This document shows, piece after piece, positions 13,811 through 25,239 of a stretch of DNA of 64,000 bases. The position numbers and the translations under genes were made by a program. Position 1 is the first letter of the stretch. Each line of letters starts with the position of its first letter. This DNA comes from Tubiluchus corallicola (lineage: Eukaryota; Animalia; Priapulida), in NCBI GenBank assembly GCA_030141605.1, contig JAQGDQ010000639.1, positions 1-64,000 on the forward strand, read 5' to 3'. The notes beneath the pieces were generated by a model. The model ran no database searches. It was not told the DNA's origin and saw nothing but the letters and a program-made list of their open reading frames with translations.

Positions 13811-15219
13811 TTACTGGTTAGGAGTTTGGTCATTGTTCATTGGGTTGTCTTGCATACTCATCATATCAGTCTCCTGATTGTTCATTGTCATTGTATTTTG
13901 CATTGGTCTTTGATCATTGCGCATTGCACTTCGTTGCATATTTGTTTTACTGTTTTCGTAACTGCTCATTGTCATTGTATTTTGCTGCATTGGGTCACCG
14001 TCATTGCTCATTGAATTGTCTTGCATACTTATCACATGAGGCCCACGATTGTTCGTTATCATTGTGTTTTGCATTGGACCATAATCATTGTTCAATGCAC
14101 CTCCTTGCATACTTATTTCACTGTTTTCATAATTGTTCATTGTCATTGTGTTTTGCATTGGACCATAATCATTGTTCAATGCACCTCCTTGCATACTTAT
14201 TTCACTGTTTTCATAATTGTTCATTGTCATTGTGTTTTGCATTGGACCATAATCATTGCTCATTGCACTTCCTTGCATACCTATCTCACTGTTTTCATAA
14301 TTGCTCATTGTCATTGTGTTTTGCATTGGCCTTTGATCATTGCTCATTGCACTTCCTTGCATACTTATCTCACTGTTTTCATAATTGCTCATTGTCATTG
14401 TGTTTTGCATTGGCCTTTGATCATTGCTCATTGCACTTCCTTGCATACTTATTCCACTGTTTTCATAATTGCTCATTGTCATTACATTTTGCTGCATTGG
14501 GTCATCATCATTGTTCATTGGGTTGGGTTGCACACTCATCACACCAAACCTTGGCCGACTTGTTACCAATGAGATCAGTGGACCTTCATTCCTAATAGCT
14601 TCTGGATGCATAATGTTCATCCTTCCTCTACCATGTCCGATGCTCATCACACTCCATTGACGGTCCGTTGGGTTTTGTTGCAAACTGGTCCTTTCGGTTG
14701 GATCCACGGCCATCACACTTTGTCCCATTGGATCATCCGGGGGGTTTATCATTCTTGCTGGTGGCATACTTCGGTTTGACGCCAAGCGGTATTCTTCCAA
14801 GGTCATGCTAATTCCATCCATCGTTCCTCTTTTTATACTTTCCTCACCAGCTGAATCAGAAGCATCTAAGTCCTCCTGAGGTTCGTGTAAGTGTCCATTG
14901 TTCTCTTTTTCCACGAGATTTTCAGATGAAGCCAGATCTTCGATACGGTCCACAAGTGACTCAGTTCTTTCAGCTGCAAACTCAGAATTGAAGCCATCCA
15001 AATGTTTGATCGCGGTTCCCTCGTCGTCTTCTATGTGTTTCGAAACTTTTTTCGAGTTGAAACGTTCTGGTTTTCCAAGGTCCACAATAGCGTTTTCTTC
15101 TTGCTGTCTTGTCAGTATTTCTGAGCCTATCGGTTGAAGGTTTTTTTCCTTAAAATGCTTCGTTTTGGTCTGAGTAGACAAGATGTAATCTTCTTTCAGT
15201 TTGTCAATACGTCCAATAG
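13811..15219 (-). CDS. Gene A exon 2: secreted low-complexity protein with an acidic N-region and about 8 copies of a 28-aa Met/Asn/Gln/Ser repeat
   Basis: Acceptor tttgttatag then CT ATT GGA CGT (phase 1, matches the signal exon donor AAT G); 1.4-kb open frame; repeat MSNYENSEISMQGSAMSNDQRPMQNTMT (84 bp). Confidence 0.8.
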
Positions 15220-15414
15220 CTATAACAAATGTAAAGTTTAATTTATTGAAATATTTATCTAACATTTAATATTAATGGATTTAATATTTAATGGTGAAGT
15301 TTCGACTTGTTCTTTCTATAATCTTTCTCATAAAACCATTTCATCAACAACGTTGTTATTGTCATCATAATTAACATTACTGTTGTCATCACTGTCATTA
15401 GAGTCGTCATCGTT

Positions 15415-15456
<42 letters not shown>

Positions 15457-15669
15457 GTCATCATGATCAGCATCATTGCCAATAACAATTCCGTCATCAT
15501 AATCCTACTCTGCCTCCTCCTCCGAGCAGTCTTCTTCCTTCTCCACCTCTTCACCCTCCTCCTCCTCCTCCTCCTCATCATCATCATCATCAGCAGCAGC
15601 AGCAGCATTATCATAATCGTCATCATAATCGTCGTCATCGTCATCATCATTAGCATCAATGTCATCATC

Positions 15670-16691
15670 ATTTTATTGTCGTAATTCTGATCAGTATCAT
15701 TATCATCTTTGCCATCAAAAGTATCAACAGCATCGTCATCGTCATAATTATCAGCAGCAACAGAAACTGCATCTTATACAGAAAAAACTTACCATTGTCA
15801 GAAACTTGTCCCAGAAACAAGCCTAACAGGAGTAGAAAGGCAACAAATTTTAAAGTCATCATTATCATAATCGTCATCATCATCGTCGCCATCGTCATCA
15901 TCATTAGCATCAATGTCATCATCATTTTATCGTCGTAATTCTGTTCAGTATCAATGTTATCATTGCCATCAAAAGTATCAACAGCATCGTCATCGACATA
16001 ATTATCAGCAGCAACAGCAGCTGCATCTTATGGAGAAAAAGCTTACCATTGGCAGAAACTTGGCCCAGAAAAAAGCCTAACAGAAGCAGAAAAGCAACTA
16101 ATTTTGACGTCATCATTATCATAATAGTCATCATCATCGTCGCCATCGTCATCATCATTAGCATCAATGTCATCATCATTTTATCGTCGTAATTCTGATC
16201 AGTATCATTGTTATCATTGCCATCAAAAGCATCAACAGCATCGTCATCGACATAATTATCAGCAGCAACAGCAACTGCATCTTATGCAGAAAAATCTTAC
16301 CATTGGCAGAAACTTGTCCCAGAAACAAGCCTAACAGGAGCAGAAAGGCAACTAATTTTAAAGTCATCATTATCATAATCGTCATCATCATCGTCGTCAT
16401 CGTCATCGCCATAATTATCAGAAACAACAGCAACTCCATCTTATGGAGAAAAAACTTACCATTGGCAGAAACTTGTCCCACAAACAAGCCTAACAGAAGT
16501 AGAAAGGCAACTAATTTTGAAGTCATCATTATCATAATCGTCATCATCATCGTCGTCATCGTCATCGTCATCATTATAATTATCAGCAACAACAGCAACT
16601 CCATCTTACGGAGAAAAATCTTACCATTGGCAGAAACTTGTCCCAGAAACAAGCCTAACAGAAGCAAAAAGGCAACCAATTTTGAACTCAT
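15670..16691 (-). repeat. Tandem array of 5 copies of the signal-peptide exon with GT donor, separated by ATG/GAC trinucleotide spacers
   Basis: Exon ends at 16625, 16460, 16301, 16047, 15793, each followed by GTAAG; spacings 165, 159, 254, 254. Confidence 0.88.
16625..16691 (-). CDS. Gene A exon 1: signal peptide MSSKLVAFLLLLGLFLGQVSAN
   Basis: ATG at 16691, basic/hydrophobic/small-residue signal layout, G then GTAAGA donor; 67 nt = phase 1. Confidence 0.8.
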
Positions 16692-17029
16692 CTTTCGTCT
16701 GTTCAAACTTCACAAAATGTTTGTGATTATTACACACACTATAGTGATTACAAGTTACTAAAACTCGACTTCTCAAACTAGTTACAAGTTCATATCATGT
16801 GTGTGTTTAACCAAAACTCACCTCTCCAATCATGCCCAACATTTTGTTGAGATTTATACATTTCGTACGCCACGCTTGTGTTAGTTCTAGGAGGAACTAG
16901 CAAAAACGTCTTCCGTGTTTTGCAGGTTTTAATCAAACAAATCTCGCACGCGTTACCCTTTGTGTAGCTTTTTCTTAGAAAACTATCTCCTCATCTGTTG
17001 CTCTCTTGTTTTCACGAGGCATCGTCGAG

Positions 17030-18597
17030 GTTTTCGAACTTTATTGAACTTTCGAACTTCATGGCTGGTCAAGCAACTCCTTTATAAACACAACTTACAA
17101 CAGAATCAACTTCTTTCTCAGTAGGATGTTACAGCCAACAAACTAAATTAAATTTTGCAAAATTTCAACTTACTAAATAAGAACAAAAAACAAAAAGAAC
17201 AACAGAAAAGTTTTGGTTACTCGCTTGCATAGTTTTTCCTCCCAACTGCCTCGATATGTCACTTATAACGCTAATTACTGTTGTCGTGGAATCCGTTTTT
17301 GATGAATATGTCATTTAGAACACTCCCTCAATCATCGCTTCACCATCGGACCATTTGTTGTTGTCATAGGATCCGTGTTATCGTAAAAATTTGGAATGCG
17401 GAGTAATTCTTTTGTGTCGTCACAACACAAAACTGACGAAAAACTTATTACATGAAATGCGAGAACGAGAAAAACGTCACGGCGAAGTAAACGGCTTCAT
17501 AGAGCTACTTCCAGCAGCCCAAAACGAACGGGTTATATTTTCCTTCAGTCTCGTACTCCAGACCTTTACGTCAGTTCCCAGAAACCAAGCTGATAATACA
17601 TAACTACACTTGGCGAGGATAAATAACCGAGTGGTCACGGTATGCGCTAGCAATTAAAGTTAAGTAACAGTGAGAATGGACAGCGAATGGGTGGTATCCT
17701 CCTGGATTGGATGCTAGCTGGTTTGACACACCTCGAGGCTGTTGAGGTGCAACGTTTTTATATCTGAATGTGACCATAACGAGGAATGTTGAGGTAATTC
17801 AGTAATTACGAGGAATTCAGTAAGTCATCTTTGATGATTATTCTTAATAATAAGCAAGGATCCGGTCGCGCCACAACCATGAGGATTATGTTGGTCTTGT
17901 CTGTTAATGATGTTGATGATGAATTCCAGCATATAAACTTTTGAAAAATATTTCGATGACGTTGTTAGCTGATATTTTTATATATGCTACAGTATAAATA
18001 CCAAACACTTTATTATTATGAAAATTAAAGGAAAGGTCAAGCCTTCTGGGAAGTTTCAATGTTTGTGAAAAGTGCTAGAAAGATCCAGTAATAAGATCGT
18101 GTAATCAGTAAAATCACGTTAAAGTCACGATCACTTCATGCTTGGACGCCTGTAATAAGTTTTTACAAAAAAAAAATTAGATAGCTAATTTTGTAAAATG
18201 TTGGGTGAATATTAGTTAAGCTGCAGAAGTTTCTTTGTTATATTCTTCTAAGTTTAAGTGATAACAGTAAAATAAACCCAACATACTGAGTGACTTGTTC
18301 CTTCCTTTAGCACACCACAAACAGCTTAAGAGATAACAGTAAAATAAACCCAACATACTGAGAAACTTGTCCTTTCCTTTAGCACACCACAAACAGTTTA
18401 AGTGATAATAGTAAAATAAACCCAACATACTGAGTGACTTGTTCCTTCCTTTAGCACGCTACAAACAGTTTAAGTGATAACAGTTAAATAAACCCAACAT
18501 GCAAAGTGACTTGTTCTTTCCTTTAGCACACCACAAACAGTTTAAGTGATAACAGTAAAATAAACCCAACATACTGTGTGACTTGTTCTTTCCTGTA
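17030..18597. mobile_element. Dispersed about 1.5-kb non-coding element with internal 60-bp tandem array (copy 1)
   Basis: Colinear with 23095-24660 and 35640-36470; its 3' part is inverted at about 2080-3480. Confidence 0.7.
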
Positions 18598-18618
18598 ACA
18601 ATCAGTCGTGGTTTGTCG

Positions 18619-19499
18619 CTAGGGGTTTAAATCTATTAAAACAAAATTGTTTTTCCTCAAACCCAATGCTCTCAGCACGTTTCTTGGAGTTTGGTCTCTC
18701 TCGGCGGTGGCTCTCGGTATTTGTCCCTGGTTTGTTTCACTGCCTTGCAACCGTCCTTGTCGAACTGATGTAGATCTTTGCTGACTTCTAGTAGAAGTTG
18801 TTGATCTCTGTCTTGAGCTTCTCTCGCTTTTTTCTGCAGCTTCTACAGCAGCTGATCCATCATCGTCATCGTCGTCATTGTCATCATCATCGGCGTCATC
18901 ATCATCATCACCGTTGCTACCATCACCACCATCGATACGATTGTTACTGCTATCAACACCATTGTTGGCTATGTCATTAGACCTGTTACCATTACTCTCG
19001 CTCTCTTTGCTGTCATCATTGCCGTCGCCACTGTCATCATCATCGACAGTATCAGTGTCACTACCATCTTTACTTGAACTAGGGCCACCATCGTCTTCGG
19101 TATTATCAGAATCATTGTTAGAGCTGCCAGCATTGTTAGTATTAACACCATTGTTATCAACATCTTCAATTGTTTGACGTTTATGTCTTGTGATTGTGTT
19201 GGTAGTTATTGAATTTCTGTTCATGTTGCTTCGTAGTTGCAGTGCTTTCAACAGTTCAGCACCAAATTTAGTCTTTAGCCGACGTTTAGTCGTGAATTTC
19301 TTCAGTTCTAATGTGTGCTCACGTCTGCCTGGCAACACTGGTAAATTAGCAGTGGAATACGGCGTTTCGGAAAAGGTCTTCCTTTCTACTGGGTGACGCC
19401 CCATTGTCAGAGATGGGGACTCTTTGGACTCGGCTTTTGAGTCGAGGGTGTAACTATGAATTTTGTGGTATTCCTTACGAAGTGGTGCAGATTGGAGAA
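18619..19499 (-). CDS. Gene B exon 2: secreted protein with basic pro-region, RHKR site, Asp/Asn/Gly-rich tract and one basic 22-aa motif
   Basis: Acceptor ttttttgtag then TT CTC CAA TCT (phase 1); open to TAG at 18619; VLQSAPLRKEY...TRHKRQTIEDVDNNG...DDDD...ATAERDQTPRNVLRALGLRKN. Confidence 0.8.
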
Positions 19500-19649
19500 C
19501 TACAAAAAAGAAATAATAATAAAGACAAAAACCAATCACACTCAACTATCAGTTTATGAAGCACTTAGGTTAATAGTAAAAAATATAATGAAAACAAGCT
19601 TTTATCAAGTAAATGAAAATTACAAAACATTACAACAGATTTAAAGATT

Positions 19650-20150
19650 AAGACAGGATGATTTTTCATATACTACCCCATTGTCAAATCCTATAAAATT
19701 AACACAATTAGTACTGTAAATGCGTTTCTGATAATTAAATAATCAAAAACTTAATTAGCGGTGAACGAGCCCAACAGTGGATGACATCACAAACTAACAT
19801 AATTTTTAACCGCAAAAATATTCCACAAGCGAGTTGCACGTGTGTGTGAAAGAGAAAATTGAAGTACAGTGCCACTGTAAGATATTTAGTGTGTTGTACT
19901 AAAACTAGGCAAGTTTAAGTTAAAAATTCAAATTTCAAATTTACCGCTGTGCTCACGCATGAACGTGTGTAGTTCATCAGAAACTAGCACATCTGAACGG
20001 AGAGGTACAGCACCTGTTTTTATGCAATGCGCTTCCGAAATGCATGTTGCTAGTGCCCGTCTATCTAGCGAATGATGAAACGCGAGCAACACTGAAGAAC
20101 TAGTGGCGCGAACGTGAAATTGTGTTTGTGTGGTAATAATTCTTTCACAT
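19650..20150. mobile_element. Dispersed about 500-bp element; other copies at 29660-30090 and inverted at 57920-58440
   Basis: Shared sequence such as gacaggatgatttttcatatactacccc...aaaactaggcaagttt...cagaaactaacacatctgaa. Confidence 0.75.
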
Positions 20151-20280
20151 AAGTCATTTTCGAAAAAAAATGTTTGTTTACTTTCAATATTTTAAAGAGA
20201 AGATTGTTTCGACATACAGTTAGGATTGGACCCGGTTTTGCTTTAAAAGCTGCAAAGTGCTTAGATAAAGGAAACAAATT

Positions 20281-20540
20281 TTAAACTAGAGGGCGATCAA
20301 CAGATGTGCAGACCATCGCTCTTACATTAAGACATAAAAACTTGTTTTAACTGATGCTGTGACCCTGACCCTGACATATGACCTTTTGAGCAATAGTTTT
20401 CCTGCTCAAGATACTCAGAACTACCCCTACGCCAAATTTGATGATTATAGCTTCATACGCTTTGCTTTTGTTATGCAGACAGACAGACAGACAGACACAC
20501 AGACGCTGTAAAATGGCCTACCATCAGCTCGGGTAATGAA
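20281..20540 (+). mobile_element. Putative Helentron-associated non-autonomous element (HINE/DINE-like)
   Basis: Starts aaactagagggcga...tcgctc (short inverted repeat), tgaccctgacc core, (CAGA)n microsatellite near the 3' end; related pieces at about 6430-6620 and 37910-38260. Confidence 0.5.
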
Positions 20541-20564
20541 ATTATATTGACAATGTAATTTTAG

Positions 20565-21105
20565 ATTACCTACCTACCTGACCACCTAACTTCCTATCTG
20601 GTTGCTTGCCTACTTACATACCTAACTGCCTAAGTACCTACCTAACTACCACCTGCCTAGCTGCCTGCCTACCTACATACATACATACCTACCAACCAAC
20701 CTACCTACCTAGCTACATTCCTACACACCCGTCTACTTATGAAACTATCTAGTTACCTACCTGCCTACCTGCCTAACTGCCTACCTACCTACCTACATAC
20801 CTACCTACCTACTTACCTACCTACATACTTACCTACCTACCTACTTACCTACCTACATACATACATACATACATACATACATACATACATACATACATAC
20901 ATACATACATACATACATACATACATACATACATACATGCATACATACATACATACATACATACATACATACATACATACATACATACATACATACATAC
21001 ATACCTACCTACCTACCTACCTACCTACCTACCTACCTACCTACCTACCTACCTACCTACCTACCTACGTACTTACCTACCTACCTACCTACCTACCTAC
21101 CTACC
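20565..21105. repeat. (TACC)n/(TACA)n microsatellite block; inverted counterpart at 22280-22745 and a further copy at 36800-37085
   Basis: Directly visible. Confidence 0.92.
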
Positions 21106-21624
21106 AACTTATGGTATGGAGAGTAAAAATGAACTTTAATTTGGAAAAAAACGACATTTCCCATTAGTTTTAATATGAGTTAGAAACGCATGTAACATAC
21201 CATGTTAAATTTCCTCTTTGAGAACTCCACAGATAAGAAGCTCGTGAGAAAACGCTGGGTTTAAACAGCTGTACAACATTCCCAGCATTGCTGCTAATAA
21301 CCTTGTTTTCCCCCGAGCTCTTACGTCTGGAATTCTGTACCAGGAAATCCTTTTTATGAGAACTACAACCTATAACGCTTCAAAAAAACACCAACAGATG
21401 TCGCCTGTCACTCGCAAATTAATTACTCGAGCTCAGTATTTGTGGACAACTAACTGTCGGTAATCTGGAACCTACCAAAATTGTTTCCAGCAGGGCGCAG
21501 CACCTCCATCTAAGGCCGGAGATACATTTTACCTCAGCCCTTTAGCTAAGAGCTCGTCTACGGCAACTTCAATTAAAAAAATAATACTCCTTAGGTAGCA
21601 AAATTAGTACAATTCTATTCTTAC

Positions 21625-21697
21625 CTTTGCAAAAACATTGTCCTGCTAAAACTGCTAAAACAACAATTAGGCCTACTAGGCCTACCGAGTACTTCAT
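21625..21697 (-). CDS. Gene B exon 1: signal peptide MKYSVGLVGLIVVLAVLAGQCFCK (absent from the ORF track)
   Basis: ATG at 21697, hydrophobic core, AAA G then GTAAGA donor; 73 nt = phase 1, compatible with the acceptor at 19499. Confidence 0.78.
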
Positions 21698-23094
21698 CGC
21701 TACGTGTCAGAGACATAGAACGTAATAAAATGCAACTTGACCGGACACAGGAACGGTCACGGCTTGCCAACTGATGCTAGATGCTAGAAAATAGCATGCT
21801 CTCTTGTTTGCACAAGATTGTCTTCAGCAAATCATGGTAATTGGTCGGCGGTGATTTTTAGGCTAGTCGTACAAGGGGCTTTCTTGGTGTTTATTCTACA
21901 AGTTTCGGCGGATGGTCTTCCGTGTTTTAGACAAACACCGAACGCACGAAATAGGCGACTGCACGCGTGAGTTAAAGCGGGGAGAGCAGCCGTGTCATCA
22001 CGGCGTGTGCTTGCTTTGAAGTTAAACAGCATCTGACCTGGCTAGTAAGTGGGTAGGAGACTGGTTCCAGGCAGTTTCGCCTGCAGGATGTGCTCAAATG
22101 AACATAATTAAGACACTTCAGTCATTTAAGTGTCTCAGATTAAAGAGTTTTCTTGATTAATGAGATAGGTGCCGGTGTTACCACAACAGTTTATCATTAG
22201 CAGAAGGCGCTGCCTGTGAGTGCTAAACTTGAGCTACACGCCTAATAGGTATGCAGGTGGGTAGAAAGGGAGGGAGCCAGTTATGTAGATGGATAGATGA
22301 GTAGGTAGAGAGGTGGGTAGGTAGGTAGGTAGGTAGGTAGGTAGGTAGGTAGGTAGGTAGGTAGGTAGGTCGGTAGGTCGGTAGGTCGGTAGGTAGGTAG
22401 GCAGGTAGGTAGGTAGGTAGGTAGGTAGGTAGGTAGGTAGGTAGGTAGGTAGATAGTTAAGTAAGTAGGTAGGTAGCTAGGTGGTAGGTAGGTAGAGAGG
22501 TAGGTAGGTAGGTAGGTAGGTAGATAGGTAAAAATGTTAAGTAGATAGGTATGTATGTATGTAAGTATGTATGTATGTATGTATGTATGTATGTAGGTAG
22601 GTAGGTAGGCAGGCAGGTAGCCAGGTAGGTAACTAGATAGTTTCATAAGTAGATGGGTGTGTAGGAATGTAGGTAGATAGGTAGGTAGGCAGGTTGGTTG
22701 GTTGGTAGATAGGTGGGTTTGGTTAGTTGGTTAGGTAGGTAATTAGATAAGCAGACAAGGTTTCAGGTAAGTTTCAGTTCTAAACACTGTACCTGAGAAG
22801 ATGATCCAACGTTGCTAATGTTGTGCACAACGCATGCGCAAAATAGGTGGCTTTCAGCACTTCCCGTGAACTGCTGCAACAGGCAGTACAATCTCCAAGC
22901 AAATTTTTAGATTTTGATGAAGGACACGAGCGTTGCTATTTGGTTTAATATAATTATTCAAGTATTTTTAGCGCAGTAACAATTACTATCACTAACTATT
23001 ACTAAAAGTCCAGAAGCTTGACCACGTGACACATCTAATTTTCTTTGATTAATTTTGGAACACTTTTTGAACGTTTTTGAAATTGTTGAATTTA

Positions 23095-24660
23095 TTGGAC
23101 TTTCGAACTTCATGGCTGGTCAAGCAACTCCTTTATAAACACAACTTACAACAGAATCAACTTCTGTCTCAGTAGGATGTTACAGACAACATGCAACAAA
23201 CTAAATTGAATTTTGCAAAATTTCAACTTACTAAATAAGAATAAAAAAACGAAAAGAACAACAAATAAGAACAGAAAGGTTTTGGTTACTTGCTTGCATA
23301 GGTTTTCCTCCTAACTGCCTCGATATGTCACTTATAACGCTAATTACTGTTGTCGTGGAATCCGTTTTTGGTGAATATGTCATTTAGAACACTCCCTCAA
23401 TTATCGCTTCATTATCGGACCTTTTGTTGTTGTCATAGGATCCGTGTTGTCGTAAAAATTTAGAATGCGGAGTAATTCTTTTGTGTCGTCACTACACAAA
23501 ACTGACGAAAAACTTATTACATGAAATGCGAGAACGAGAAAAAGTCACGGCGAAGTAAATGATTTTATAGAGCTACTTCAAGCAGCCCAAAACGAAGTTT
23601 CATTTTCCTTTGGTCTGGTACTCCAGACCTTACGTCAGTTCCCAGAAACCAAGCTGATAATACATAACTACACTTGGTGAGGATCAATAACCGAGTGGTC
23701 ATGGTATGCGCTAGCAATTAAAGTTAAGCAACAGTGTGAATAGACAGCGAATGGTTGGTACCCTCATGGGTTGAATGCTAGCAAGTTTGAAACACCTCGA
23801 GACTGTTGAGGTGCGACGTTTTTATATCTGAATGTGACCATAACGAGGAATGTCATTCAGTAAGTCATCTTTAATGATTATTCTTAATAATAAGCAAGGA
23901 TCCGGTCGTGCCACAACCATGAGGATTATGTTGGTCTTGTCAATCCATGATGAATTCCAGCATGCAAACTGTATGAAAAATATTTCGATGACATTGTTAG
24001 CTAATATTTTTTATATACTACAGTACAAACACCAAACAGTTTATTATAATGAAAATTAAAGGAAAAGTCAAGCCTTCTGGGAATTTAGGCTGTTTTCAAT
24101 GCTTGTGAAAAGTATTAGAAAGATCCAGTAATAAAACTGTAATAAGCGCCTGGTGTAATTAGTAAAATCACTTTAAAGTCACGATCACTTCATGCTTGGA
24201 CGCTTCCATTTTCAATGGCCTTTCTTCCTCCAATGACGTCATACGTCCTGAATAAAAGTAGCGCACTGTCAACCTTCAGCAAAAGTGTAACAGGTTTTTA
24301 CAAAAACATTAGATAACAGATTTTGTAACGTTTTTGCTTGAATGTTAGGAAAGCTTCAGTTTAAGCAGCGTGCAGTTACGAAGTGTCACGAAGTCTCCCA
24401 GTTACGTCATGATTTTCAAATGAATGGCGGCAACCACCACGCCTGAAAGATTCTATTCAGAGGCAGCGGGTTTTAAATTTATGCTTTATAGGAAGTTTTT
24501 TTTTGAAATTTTCTTTGTTATATTCTTCTACGTTTAAGTGATAACAGTAAAATAAACCCAACATAGTGAGAGACTTATCCTTTCCTTTAGCACACCACAA
24601 ACAGTTTAAGTGAAAACAGTTAAATAAACCCAACGTAGTGAGAGACATATCCTCTCCTTT
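23095..24660. mobile_element. Dispersed about 1.5-kb element (copy 2)
   Basis: Colinear with 17030-18597; only about 2 units of the 60-bp array. Confidence 0.7.
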
Positions 24661-25239
24661 ACCTAAATCTTCACAGGATTTGAAAATTTTACCTGCAGAC
24701 TGGAAACCGTGGAGTGCTCTAATAAACGATAGTGTTCAGTGTCTAAAACAGACGTTTAGGAGTAGTAAAAGAAGAAGACTGAACTCTTAACAACTTTTAA
24801 ACTTCACTCTTATATTTCTCATGAATATGTAAATATGCCACGCGATACCCGTCTGATTTTTACAAATAGAAAGGCATATCAAATTTTAGAGCTTCATTAA
24901 TAAATAGAATTTAGACGTAGAATTTAAAAGACTTAATTATTTATAGTTAAAATTTTTACTTGCCTAACGTTTATTATCAGACCACCTTAGAACAACACAT
25001 CTCGTCAAAATGCGAAAAAGTTCCCATTTTTACTTTTAAGAACAGTGTTTTACAAAATTCATTAGAAAATCTTTAAACATTGTTACTAATTACGTATTTA
25101 AATAAAAATGCACGCGTGTCCCTTCTGCAAAGTCTGCACTTAGTTGCTACAGCTAATTTTGTATTCTTATAAAACATAATACATAACACAGTGGTGCCAT
25201 CTTCTAGGTAGCTAAACTCACGGCATATACATTTTGTCT

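Noticed and set aside
22790-22860. Candidate signal exon for genes B/C in the duplicated flank
   Set aside because: The phase-1 frame has an in-frame TAG and no hydrophobic core; 21625-21697 fits far better.
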